Positions 42,921 through 53,660 of a stretch of 64,000 bases of DNA are shown piece after piece; position 1 is the stretch's first letter; each line of letters opens with the position of its first letter. The notes under the pieces were generated by a model. That model was not told the origin of the DNA, did not search any database, and saw only the letters and a program-made list of their open reading frames with translations. The position numbers were made by a program, and so were the translations under genes. Location: assembly GCA_963849325.1 (NCBI GenBank), contig CAWKHF010000012.1, positions 832,001 through 896,000 of the forward strand. The letters are read 5' to 3'. The stretch comes from an uncultured Planctomycetota bacterium (GTDB lineage Bacteria; Planctomycetota; Planctomycetia; Gemmatales; Gemmataceae).

Positions 42921-44162
42921 TCAGCGCACCGCGCCGCCGTTGATGCGAACAACCTGCCCGGTGAGAAAGGCAGCGGCCGGCGACACCAGCCAGCGGGCCA
43001 CGGCCGCCACGTCTTCGGGCCGGCCCCAGCGCCGCAAGGGCGTCTCACGCCGTACGCGCTCCTGCCAGCGCTGGGACGCTCCCTCGCCCCAGGCCGTGCG
43101 TATCCATCCCGGCGCCAGGCAGTTGACGCGCACCGTCGGGGCCAGGCTCACGGCCAGACTCTTGCTGAAGGCCATGACAGCTCCCTTGGACGCCGCGAAC
43201 AGCTCGCCGCTGTCGCCTTCCATGCCGGTCTCCGCCTGGTCCCAACCCATGTTGATGATCGTGCCGCCGCCGTCCTCGCGCATGCGCCGCCCGGCGGCAC
43301 GCGACAGAATCAGGGTCGCCGTCACATCGACCGCCAACAACTCACTCAGCTTGCGCTCGAACGACAAGCTCGCCGCCTCTCCGGTGAGCGTATCGGCGCC
43401 CGCATTGTTGATCCAGACATCGATCCCGCCCCAGCATTGCCACGCCTCTTGCACCAGGCGCCGGCAGGCGTCGGCGTCGGACAGGTTCGCCATTCGCACC
43501 TCGGCGCGGACACCTGCCCGCCGAACCTCCTCTGCAACCTCCACCGCCGCCTGCGGCGTGCGCCGGCCATGCACGATTACGTCCGCCCCGGCCGTCGCCA
43601 GCTCCAGGGCAATCGCCCGGCCGATACCGCTGGTCGAACCTGTGACGAGGGCGCGCCGCCCCGCCAATTCTCGCCCGGTAGCGCTGCCGTACAGGCGGAG
43701 TCCTTGCAGTTCGGCCAGCAGATCGGCGACGCTGCGCTTCCGCACGGGATGGACGAGACCGGGAGCGAGCTGCGCCAGCGGTTGCAGCACGAACGCCCGT
43801 TCGTGCAGCCGAGGATGGGGGAGGGTCAACCGCTCGTCGGCGTGGACCCGGTCGCCGTACAGCAGCAAATCGAGGTCGATCGTGCGCGGCCCATCGCGTT
43901 CCTGGCGGACGCGCCCCAGGTGTTGCTCGATGGCAAGCAGCACGTCCAGAAGATCGTTCGGCTCGCGCTCCGTCCGCAGCTCCGCGACCGCGTTGAGATA
44001 CGCTCCCTGCCCCGGCGGGCCGCCGACCGGCCGTGTCTCGTACCACGGCGACACGCGCATCACCTCGACGCCCTCCGTCTGCCGCAGGGCCGCCAATGCT
44101 CGCTCCAGGTAATCGCCCCGGTCGCCGAGGTTGCTGCCCAGGGCGATGTACGCCGTGATCAT
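42921..44162 (-). CDS. folK: FolK (HPPK) fused to an SDR oxidoreductase
   Basis: YIALGSNLGDR..GPRTIDLDLL..PHPRLHERAFVL then TGSTSGIG, NNAG, ASKGA, VNCLAPG in one ORF. Confidence 0.88.
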   Translation of the reverse strand: MITAYIALGSNLGDRGDYLERALAALRQTEGVEVMRVSPWYETRPVGGPPGQGAYLNAVAELRTEREPNDLLDVLLAIEQHLGRVRQERDGPRTIDLDLLLYGDRVHADERLTLPHPRLHERAFVLQPLAQLAPGLVHPVRKRSVADLLAELQGLRLYGSATGRELAGRRALVTGSTSGIGRAIALELATAGADVIVHGRRTPQAAVEVAEEVRRAGVRAEVRMANLSDADACRRLVQEAWQCWGGIDVWINNAGADTLTGEAASLSFERKLSELLAVDVTATLILSRAAGRRMREDGGGTIINMGWDQAETGMEGDSGELFAASKGAVMAFSKSLAVSLAPTVRVNCLAPGWIRTAWGEGASQRWQERVRRETPLRRWGRPEDVAAVARWLVSPAAAFLTGQVVRINGGAVR

Positions 44163-45033
44163 TTCTCGTCGAGCCAGTGCAGGATGATCGAGGCGTAATA
44201 GGTGCCCGAGACGTTCGACGGCCGGCCGGGGGCGACGCCGTAGCCGCCATCGTCGTTGCGGCAGCGCGCGATGAAGGCCCGCACGCGGTCGGCCCCTTGC
44301 GGCTGCGTCTTGAGCATGTGGAACGCCCGCAGGACCCGATAGGTCGTCCCCAGATCGGAGCTTTCGGCGACGGCCTCGCCGAAGCCGCCATCCTTGCGCT
44401 GACCGGCGTTGAGCGCCTGGAGGACGTTGTCGGAGTGCTCGACCTTGCCGCCCAGGCGCATCACGGCGCAGACGGCGCCGCCGGTATCGCGGGCCACGCC
44501 GTCGCCCTTGCCGTAGGTGCCGTCGGCATGCCGCAGCTTGGCGATCTCGCGCAGCCAGGCGTCGGCGCGCGGCGGACGTTTGCCCAGCGCCTCGAAGCTC
44601 GCCGCCGTCAGGCGGATTTCCTCGAATGTCTTCGAGTTGTCATCGAGGTACTTGATGACGGGATCGGCGTAGAGTTCGACCGGCATCTTCAGCTCGACAA
44701 CGGCCATGATGCCGACGGCGGTGGGGCGATACGCGGCCTTGCCGCCGGGACGCGCGGCGAAGCCGCCGCCCTCCTTGTCGAAGCAACTCTTGACGAAGGT
44801 GACGCAGGCCGACGGATCGCGCGGTGCGCCGCCGAAATACTTCAAGGACCGCAGCGCCGCGGTGAGGGCGGGCAGGTCCGATTGACCGGTGCGAGCGTCG
44901 GGACGAAAACCGCCGTCGTCGGCCTGTAATTTCCGGAGATAGGCGAGGGTAGCCTTTTTTTGCGCGTCGCTCTGCGCGGCGCGGGGAGGACGATGACCAG
45001 CAGGCATAGGACGCCAAGCAGGGTGCGTTTCAC
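44159..45033 (-). CDS. Secreted prenyltransferase/squalene-oxidase repeat protein (frameshifted)
   Basis: Signal peptide, repeats Q..DGGF, CRNDDGGYG. Confidence 0.8.
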
Positions 45034-45143
45034 GGGGGAACTCCTCGGCTGCGAAAGAGGCGGATCACCCTGTTTGTCCTACAGGGAAACCGCAACCGAT
45101 GCAAGCAGGCGCTCCCCAGGGGAAAGCTCGCGCACGATGGAGG

Positions 45144-45584
45144 TCAATCCCGACCAAAGTTCTTGGGCAAGTCGAACGCGAACGCTTTGTCCGTGAACCA
45201 AACCTGAAAATCGCCGTCCTCGCAGATTGCCTTGCCTTGGTGCAGGTGGATAATCAGCTGTTTCTTGGTCCCCCGCACACTCAGTTCGGCGGTGCGAGCC
45301 TGACATACATAATCAACCTTTCCGTGGGCGTCCTTGTGTTTGAGCACCGGATTCACCAACGTCCGCCCCTGGAACTTTTTCACGAAAATGGTGATAGGCA
45401 GCCCCGGTACGTTGACTACGTTGTTCTGCTTCAGGCGATAATAGAGATACCCGGCAGCGTTCATTTTTGTCTCCGCCGACCCCTCAATGGGAGCGGACGG
45501 GGCCGTTCTTCCGCACGGCCCCAAGAAGGCCGCCAGGAGAAGGACAGAAGACAGGATCGCACAGAAGCGGAGCGGATTGCACAT
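45144..45584 (-). CDS. Hypothetical secreted protein
   Basis: Signal-like N-terminus; AGGAGG RBS. Confidence 0.55.
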   Translation of the reverse strand: MCNPLRFCAILSSVLLLAAFLGPCGRTAPSAPIEGSAETKMNAAGYLYYRLKQNNVVNVPGLPITIFVKKFQGRTLVNPVLKHKDAHGKVDYVCQARTAELSVRGTKKQLIIHLHQGKAICEDGDFQVWFTDKAFAFDLPKNFGRD

Positions 45585-45723
45585 GGCCGTTGACCTCCTG
45601 GCGTGGCTTTCAAAGAGCGGAAAGATGCCAGCCGAGATATATACTCGCGGAGCGAAGGCGGGGCAACAGCGAGAACAGGAAGGGTGTCAGGAACCTTTTC
45701 GGATCCGAAAAGGTTCCTGACAC

Positions 45724-47228
45724 GAATGGCGTTCGGTTAAGCGTAGCCTCTTTCGCTGCTTGAACTTCTGACGATCTTGGAAAGGCGGCAGCCTCCTGCC
45801 ATGATGGAGTTGTCCAGACCTCATCATCTCAGGAGGCCGCCATGCTTAGTATGTCGCAAGCCCTCGAACGCATCAAGGGTGCTACCGCCCAATGGATCGA
45901 TGCCCCCCTCATCCATTCCCTCGCACGAGCGCTCCGTCTCGGCGAACATCAGCGTCGGCTGACTCCCCTGGTCACCACCCACTTGTTCATCCGCCAAATC
46001 CTCGAAGGGAACACCTCGGTCTCCGAACTCCGCCGCCTCGCCAAGCTTTCCTTCGCAGACTCGTCCTACTGCGAGGCCCGACAACGCCTGCCCGTGCCCT
46101 TCTTCCAACGACTGGGCGTCGCCGTCCTCGACCGCTGCCGCTCCAGCGACAACGACCCACGCGCCTTGTGGCATGGTCATCGCGTCTTTTTCCTCGATGG
46201 TTCCAGTTTCTCCATGCCGGACACGCCCGACTTGCATGCCGCCTTCGGTCAGAGTGGCCAGCAGGCCCAAGGCTGCGGCTTCCCCACGGCCCACCTGCTG
46301 GTGCAGTTTCATGCCTACACCGGCTATCTGATCAACGTCATGCCGGGACCGTTACGGACGCACGACCTGGCCGACCTGACCTGGACCCACCGCGGACTGC
46401 GGGCTGGCGACGTGGTGGCCGGCGATCGCGCTTTCTGCTCCTATGCTCACCTGGCGATGCGACACCAACGAGGCGTTTTCAGCCTCTTTCGTGCCCATCA
46501 GCGTCTTATCATCTCCTTCAAGCCGCGGCGGAAGCACGTCGCGCCGAACCGTCAGCCCCGCAAGGCAGAAGCGGGCTTGCCCCACTCGCGCTGGCTGCGT
46601 CGGCTGGGCCGCGACGATCAACTCGTCGAGTACGTTAAGCCAGCCGAGTGTCCGGCCTGGATGGACAGCCAGGAGTATGAATCCTTGCCGTCGTCGCTGG
46701 TGGTCCGTGAGGTGCGTGTGCCGATCCGGACGCCGACTTGCCGGGTGCGGGAGTTGACCCTGGTGACAACGCTGTTGGATCGACGGCGTTATCCGCCGGA
46801 GGTGTTGGCTCGGCTGTACGAGAAGCGTTGGGGCGTGGAAGTCAATCTGCGTCACCTGAAACAGACCTTGCGCATGGACGTGCTGCGTTGTGAGACGTGG
46901 CAAGGTGTGTGGAAGGAACTGTTGGTCTTCGTGCTGGTGTATAATCTGGTGCGTCGGGTGATGGTGGAGGCGGCGCGACAGCAAGAGGTGGAACCAGAAC
47001 GTATTAGCTTCGCGGATGCGTGGCGTTGGTTGCGGGAAGCGCGGCATGGCGAAGAATTGCCGCGGCTGCAGGTAGTACCGTGTCGTCCCGGTCGCGTGGA
47101 ACCGCGGGTGAAGAAACGTCGGGCCAAACCCTACGACTTGATGAACCAACCACGAGCCGCGCTGCGCGAGAGATTGTTGCATCAAACGTCACCACCACAA
47201 GAAGATGCGGCTTAACCGAACGCCATTC
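45724..47228 (+). mobile_element. IS4-family insertion sequence
   Basis: Transposase 45842-47215 (DGSS, GDRAFCSY, YEKRWGVEVNLRHLK); perfect 19-bp TIR GAATGGCGTTCGGTTAAGC; 11-bp TSD GTTCCTGACAC. Confidence 0.95.
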
Positions 47229-47259
47229 GTTCCTGACACCCTTACTTCTCGGCGGCTTT

Positions 47260-47858
47260 CTACCCCCCTACGATCAGCGACAGGATGCCGACCAGCTTGG
47301 GCAGTTGGCGGACGTGATACTCCTGCTGGTCGAGAGCCACCGCCGACCCCACCAGCCGCAGGAACCGCCACACCGACCCGGATGTAACGGCCCCGTAGAC
47401 CTCGCTCCCCGGCTGCCCCTCCCGTTCGTTGAACAGCCGCGCTCCGACCATCGCCGCCACACATTGCCCAAGCCCCGACTTGAGGTTCTCGTTCTTCGCC
47501 TCCACGATGGCGGCGACCGGGCTCCGCAGGAACTGTTGCTCCGGCGATCGGGACAGGATGAAGTCGCAATACCCCGCTAGCCCTTGGGACGCATCGACCG
47601 TGAAGTCGATCCCGGAGAAAACGCTGAACCGGTGTCCGAGCTGAGCCCGGAGGGCGGCCAGGAGCGGGGCGATCACCAACTCGGAACGGGCCTTCTCGGT
47701 ATTGATGGCCAGGGCGAGCGGGACGAACTCCGGCAGCAGGCGCGGAGCAGCGGCCCCGGCTCGACTTCGGGCGCGTCGCCGAACAGGTCGGGCACGTCCG
47801 TGAGGGTGAGGCCGAACCGGTCGATCACCTCGCGCAAGGTGAAGTCGCTGTATGCCAC
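47260..47858 (-). CDS. Hypothetical PD-(D/E)XK-like protein (frameshifted)
   Basis: MAYSDFTL..GYCDFIL..VEAKNE..GQCVAAM..VYGAVTSG..W.FL. Confidence 0.7.
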
Positions 47859-47970
47859 GCGCCCTCCTACACGCCTCTTTCGCCGAACACCCAGATCAGC
47901 AGCCAGTTGGCCAGGACAGATGTTGAAGCTTGGAAAGCCAGAATGGCCGCCCGGTCTGCTGCAGCGCCTG

Positions 47971-49803
47971 GATACTCATGAAGGCTCTTGAAGCACACTT
48001 GAAGGAGACAGCACTCAGCCGCTGTCTCCTTCACCTGCTAACAACGAGAGGTCTTCATGCGCTACTTCCAACCTCCACCCGACACCCGATTCTATGCCGG
48101 CGTCGATCTCCACGCCAGATCCCTCTTCCTCGTCGTCCTCGACCACACCGGACAGATTCGCTACGCACGCAATCTCCCCGCCGCACCCCAGCCCTTCCGC
48201 AAAGCCATCACACCTTTCCGCGATGGACTCGTCGTCGGCTGCGAGTGCATGCACTGCTGGTACTGGCTGGCCGACGCCTGCCGCGACGACAACATCCCCT
48301 TCCTGCTCGGACACGCCTGGGCAATGAAAGCCGTCCACGGCAGCAAGACCAAGTGCGACCGTAAAGACGCCGAGGCCATCGCCCACCTGCTCAAGGGCGG
48401 CAACTTCCCGCTCGCCTACGCCTACCCCAAAGAACGACGTGGACTCCGCGACCTGCTCCGCGCACGCCTCCGCCTGGTCCGCCAACGCGCCGAACTCTAC
48501 GGCCACGTCCACACCGCACGACGACAGCTCAACTTGCCGCCCATCTCCAACGATGTCAAATACAAGTCCAAGCGTGCCAGCGTCCTGGCCGACATCGACG
48601 ACGACTGCGTCCGTCGCCGCGTCGAGGCCGACCTGTCGCTGCTGGAGCCGCTCGATACCACCATCCGACGACTGGAGAAGGACATCGAGGTCGCCGCACG
48701 ACAGCACTATGCCACCGAGATGGCCGTGCTGCAATCGACACCCGGCGTCGGCCTCGTCATCGCCCTGACCATCCTTTTGGAGATCGACACCCTCGAACGC
48801 TTCGACACCCGCCAGCAGTTCTGCTCCTATGCCCGGCTATGCGGCGCCCGCCAGGAGTCGGCCGGCAAGAAGGTGGGCACGGGCAACGCCAAGCAGGGCA
48901 ACGCCTGGCTGAAGTGGGCCTTCTCCGAGGCGGCCGTACTCAGCGCCCAGAAGGACGAACGCATCGGCCAGTACCTGGACAAGCTGTCGGGCCGTCTGGG
49001 CCAAGCCAAAGCCTTGTCGGCATTGGCCCACAAGCTGGGACGAGCCTTCTACCACATGCTCCACAAAAAGGAGGTCTTTCAGATCGACCAATTCCTGAGA
49101 CACTGAGAAGCCAGGGCGCGGCCGGCGAGCCGAAGCCGAACGGGAGCCGCTACGGGCTAACCCTTACGACGACCCCCACCATCCAGGGAGCATCGACTCC
49201 GCAGTGGGGGTCCGGGACCGCCCAGGCATCCAGCCGCTTTGATGGGACGCCGGCCGCGTCCGTATTATTTCGACCGCGGTGGTCGCAAAAACAGGCCGCG
49301 ATCCGCCGGTGGGTCGGGGGACCAACGGGATCAGCGTAACGCTGTCCCAAGGAATCGGGCTTGGCTTTGAGCCATCCCACGTCCTCCCGACCCCCGCCAG
49401 ACCGCGACCCGTGATCGCAAGGAGCCATTCGCCCGGACGATCCGCCCCAGTCGCCAGCCTGGCCGAACGGGACGCTCCTTTGGGGGAGTGAGCCAGTCGC
49501 TTTTTGAATGGCGGCGAAGCTGGGAACGTATGAATATCGGGACCGGCCAGGGCAGGTTCCCTGGCACAGCCGCCTGGTCCTTCGGGTCTGGGCCGCCGGA
49601 GTCCGCATGAGTGTTGGGTGCGGTTCGCCTCGGCCGTGGGCCGAAGGTGTTCCGCGTCCGTCGCTGATATCCAAGCCGGATCGCCGAGGACGATTGCTCA
49701 CTGCCGCTGCAACCTTGTTCGGTCATCCTTCCGGCAAGAAAAACGCCGGAGATACCCGTTCCCGTGGAAAATATTTTTACTTGACACCAAGAGCCTTATG
49801 AGT
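47971..49803 (+). mobile_element. IS110-family (IS1111-type) element with long 3' non-coding region
   Basis: Recombinase 48057-49106 (AGVDLH, GCE, KCDRKDA; PGVG, SYARL..ESAG); inverted repeats ACTCAT(G)AAGGCTCTTG at both ends; no TSD. Confidence 0.9.
49107..49780 (+). ncRNA. Candidate bridge/seek RNA region
   Basis: About 670 nt non-coding, several hairpins, short matches to target and element end. Confidence 0.55.
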
Positions 49804-49839
49804 GTTCGGCCGCATTGTCTGCTGCAATCCTTGAGCGAA

Positions 49840-50349
49840 TTACCACCAACACCTGGCCTGCCCGACGCCTGACTTCGGGATCAGCCCAATCCAATCGGGA
49901 TTCAAGCGCCGTCCGTAGCGCCCGGAGGAGTGAACTCCCGCCACACGGGCGTAGCGGGCGAACACCCGCCGACTGCCTCCTTCAATACTCCGCAAAATAC
50001 ATTGCGTAAGCCTCTCGCGCTGTCCTGCGTTCAGGTGGCAACGCTTTAATCGATGCAGGATTTTTTCTTTGATGTATCCCGATCGAAAAAACCAGGGATC
50101 TACTTCGAGGAAGCAGATGGCATCTTCCACTGCTTCGGGTTCTTGCTGTCCCAACTCCTGGAGTCTCTTGGCAAGGCCGCCGGGGAAAGCTAAGTGATCG
50201 TAGAGACCCAGAAACGAATCGCGGGCAGAAGCGTAATTCTCCGAGCGATTTTGCACGGCTTCATTAAAGCGCCGATTCAGTGCGGCCAGGCGCGTCGTAC
50301 TCTCGACAATTTGCCGATGGCGAACGGTTATGCTGCGATTCTTGGACAT
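49840..50349 (-). CDS. Gene-cassette hypothetical protein
   Basis: ATG 5 nt after GTTCGGC; visibly lower GC; FLEVDPWFFRSGYIKE; ends next to attC. Confidence 0.7.
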   Translation of the reverse strand: MSKNRSITVRHRQIVESTTRLAALNRRFNEAVQNRSENYASARDSFLGLYDHLAFPGGLAKRLQELGQQEPEAVEDAICFLEVDPWFFRSGYIKEKILHRLKRCHLNAGQRERLTQCILRSIEGGSRRVFARYARVAGVHSSGRYGRRLNPDWIGLIPKSGVGQARCWW

Positions 50350-50354
50350 ACGTT

Positions 50355-50373
50355 GCCGAACATCTGATTATGT
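50355..50373 (-). other. attI-like integron simple site
   Basis: ACATAAT-CAGAT-GTTCGGC: L box, 5-bp spacer, R box. Confidence 0.6.
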
Positions 50374-50389
50374 CGCGCACGTGCGCGAT

Positions 50390-50457
50390 CTAGCAAGGCT
50401 GCTGCGCAACCTAGCAAGGCTGCTGCGCGACCTAGCAAGGCGCTGCGCGATCTAGCA
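50390..50457. repeat. 21-bp tandem repeat, about 3.3 copies
   Basis: CTAGCAAGGCTGCTGCGCRAC. Confidence 0.85.
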
Positions 50458-50668
50458 CGACTCTCCTTATCTATCCGCAACGTTGCGCAACCGTCAAGGA
50501 AAAACGACTCCCCTTTGAGATTTTTCAGCCTCGCCACCGCCACCGTGGCCAGGGAGTCGGTCTTGACGGCCCTGCGGCGCCTGCATTACTATTCGCCGGC
50601 CTCTCGGTGCCTGCGTGCCGTCGATACCGCACTCCCACCTCCGATACTGCTCCAGAAAGGACGCCGCC

Positions 50669-52722
50669 ATGTCGGACTCGCTCACTCGTCCGCGTCGATT
50701 CGCCGTGTCGGCCCCTTCTCGGCCCCCGAGCGCGTTCGCCACGTTTGTCCGCGGCGATTCGTCGCGGACAGCTCCGGCGGGGTGGATGGTCCCGGCGCTG
50801 GTTTTTCTTGTTACCCTGCTGCTCGCCGGCGCCCTGTACGTCCGCTTTCTCGACGTTCACCGCCATCTCTGGGACGCGCCGTTGCACGACCGCAACGCCC
50901 ATTATCTTTTCAGCCTGAAGCTGGCGACGGCACTGCGGAACGGCCAGGTGCTTGCGTTCCTGAATGATCTCAACGAGGCGCGCGTCTGGCCGCCCTTGCA
51001 CGGCCTGCTGGCGGCGTCGCTGCTGTTGGTGGGGGGGCTGGATTACCGCCTGGCCGTGTTGCCGAGCCTGGCCGGCTGGATCGGCGCGGTCTTGTTCGCA
51101 TTCCTGACGGCGCGACGAATGGTCGAGCGCGGCGGCAACACGGCCGGTCTTCTCGCCGCCCTGTTCGTCGCGGCCAGCCCCGCTCACCGTGCCTTTGCCA
51201 CGGACATCATGCTGGAGGGTCTCGGGGCGGGACTGTCCCTGGCCGCCCTCTATGGCTATCTGCTGGCCGTGCAGGGTCGGCCGGATGAGACGTGGAAGGG
51301 GCGTTGCCTGGGCGTGATCCTCTCCGCCCTGTTTCTGGAGAAATACAATTACTGGCTGCTCGTCGTCCTGGCCCTCCTCCTCGCGGAATGCCTGACGCGG
51401 CCGCGCCTGTACTTCGCGGCCGTTCGCCGCCATCTGCGCGGCATCGACTGGCGGCGGGCGCGGCGCAACTCCGCCATCCGCTGAACGGGGCCGTCGTTGC
51501 TGTCGTGCTCTTGAGCGCCGGGGTGTACCAGCATGGCGATCAGCCTCTCGTCGTGGCCGGCCGTAGTCTCTCGCTGTATCCTCCGCACAACTTGATAACC
51601 ATCGCCTACGTCCTCCTGTTCCTGCGCCTGGCCCCGTGGTGGTGGCGGACGGGTCGGCAGCGGGTCCGACAACTCGACGGCCGACTGCGGCAGGTGATCC
51701 TCTGGCACCTTTGTCCGCTGGCCGTGTGGTTTCTGCTGCCCAAGCACCTCAGTTACTTCCTGTGGTATCTCAGTCCCGCCGACTGCGGCCCAGGTCAGGG
51801 GATGGACCTCGCCGCCGGCGTCCGCGATTACAGCAACTGGCTGACACACGACTATCATCTCAACCCGGTATGCGCCCTGGTCGCTGTGGGGCTGTGTGTG
51901 GCGGGCCTGTTGGCCTGGCGATGCCTTCGGAGGGGGGGGCAGGTCGTGCTGGTGCTGACGGTGCTGGCGGCGGTGTTGACGGTGACGCACCCCAACCACA
52001 AGAGTCGCAACTTGCATTCGTGGATCGCGGCCATCTGGGTGGGTGCGGGCGCGGGGGCGGCGTCGCTGATTTATGGCCGCGCCACCGCCGGTTGGCCGCG
52101 TCTGCGGCCGTGGCTGGCCGGCGCGGTCGTGACCGGATTGGCATGGATGCAGTATCCCGCCCTGACGGCGTCCGGGCACGCTCCCGAGGGCGGGCCTCAC
52201 CCCGACCATCCGTCCATGCTCGACGCGACCGACGGTTATCTCGCCGACCTCGACGGCGCATGCCGCACCCTCATCCTGACGGCCGCGCCGGTCAAGCCGC
52301 TGACGCAATGGACGTTTCTGCAGCGCTTCGGCGATTTCAAACGTCTTGAAGAACGCTGGTATGGTTTCGGCGAGGCCGGCGCGGACAACCGCCGCGGCTT
52401 CGTCCGCTGGCTGCAAACGACGGATTGCGACACGCTGGTCTATTTCGAGGCGCTCCGTCCCCCGGAATCCTGGCCGGACACCGGGCCGGAGTGCCGGCCC
52501 CACGCCGAGTTGAGCGACGTTTTGCGAACGCAGCGTGTCTTCCACCTGGTCAAACAGTGGGACGTGCCGCATTATTTCTGCCGCGTACAGGTGTGGAAGC
52601 GCGACTCCGAAGCTCTCACCCTCCTGTCAGACGCTCCACGATGGCCTTCCCCTGGCGCAGTGCCTCTGCCGGCGCCGGGTTCGCCGGATTCAATTCCAGC
52701 GATAGCCCGCCTCGATAATTGA
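50669..52722 (+). CDS. Polytopic membrane protein, GT-C glycosyltransferase-like (frameshifted)
   Basis: Many TMs; HDRNAH, WPPLHG, DIMLE, EKYNY. Confidence 0.6.
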
Positions 52723-53410
52723 TTTCGCGCAACACGGCCATCACGGCGGCGAGTTGTTGCTCCGTCAGGCAGCCCGTGAACAACGGCCAGTGCAGATCGC
52801 TGGCCCCGTCATTGTCGTCCAGGTGGACGTAGCCGAGCCGGTCGTCGGCTTGCCGTACCACGTCGGCGGCGTCTTCGCGGCTGAGAAGACAGTGGCCCAC
52901 GTCCAGGAGTATTCCGAGATTGGCGTGTCCGACCTGCCCCAGCCAGTCGAGCGTCCGCGCCGCCGTGGGCAGGGCGCGGCCGGGAACGTGTTCCACGCAC
53001 AGGCGAACCATGCGGGCGGCGGCGTAGTCGGCCAGCAGGGTACAGCTCTCGGCGAAACAGGCCAGGGCGGTCTCGCTGCCGTCGGTGCCGGGCACGAGGT
53101 ACGCGGTGGTCGCGCCGAGGCGAGCGGCGTCTGCCAACTGACGCCGCAGCAGTTCCAGAGCGGCCCGACGCAAGCCAACGTCGGCGGCGTCGAGTGCATG
53201 GCCCGCAGGCAGGTTGCGTCCCAGGGCCGCGCACGAGACCAGCAGGCCGGAGTCGGCCAACGCTTCCAGGTACACGGCCGGGCGATCCGTCTCGGCGACG
53301 ACATCGACACGGGAAAAACCAAGGGCGGCGAGTTGCGGCAGCACGGCGACGAAGTTGCCCGGCAGCGAGGTGGCGAAGGCGGCCAGGGGCCAGGAGTGAT
53401 TCGTGGTCAT
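52616..53410 (-). CDS. Sugar phosphate isomerase/epimerase (TIM barrel)
   Basis: LCVEH, LLDVGH, YVHLDDNDG..HWP, LSLE. Confidence 0.85.
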   Translation of the reverse strand: MTTNHSWPLAAFATSLPGNFVAVLPQLAALGFSRVDVVAETDRPAVYLEALADSGLLVSCAALGRNLPAGHALDAADVGLRRAALELLRRQLADAARLGATTAYLVPGTDGSETALACFAESCTLLADYAAARMVRLCVEHVPGRALPTAARTLDWLGQVGHANLGILLDVGHCLLSREDAADVVRQADDRLGYVHLDDNDGASDLHWPLFTGCLTEQQLAAVMAVLREINYRGGLSLELNPANPAPAEALRQGKAIVERLTGG

Positions 53411-53660
53411 GGGTGACACTCGATTGTCAGCACACGGCGCCGGCAAGCGCCGGCTGTCTTTCCTGGAGGATTATAGGAAAGAGTCGAGCCGCGACCGTTA
53501 GGGAGCGGAGAAAGCCACGCTCCCTAACGGTCGCGGCTCGGCTGGGCTGGCGACGTGACCGTCTGGTCCGTAAAAAAACCTCAACCTCACGCGGGCACGG
53601 ACACGCCCATCCGCCGTGCGGGGGCTGCGAACGCCAGGCACACCCATCCGAAGGCGGGGC

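Larger units (their letters stand above)
47882..49810 (-). other. Integron attC site (about 96 bp) split by the IS110 element
   Basis: Minus strand GCCGAAC(49810-49804)|CAGGCGCTGCAGCAGACC..GGCTGCTGATCTGGGT-GTTCGGC(47970-47882); R''/R' and L''/L' boxes are complementary. Confidence 0.8.

Noticed and set aside
50390-50457. Tandem repeat as a CRISPR array
   Set aside because: Contiguous units with no unique spacers and no cas genes
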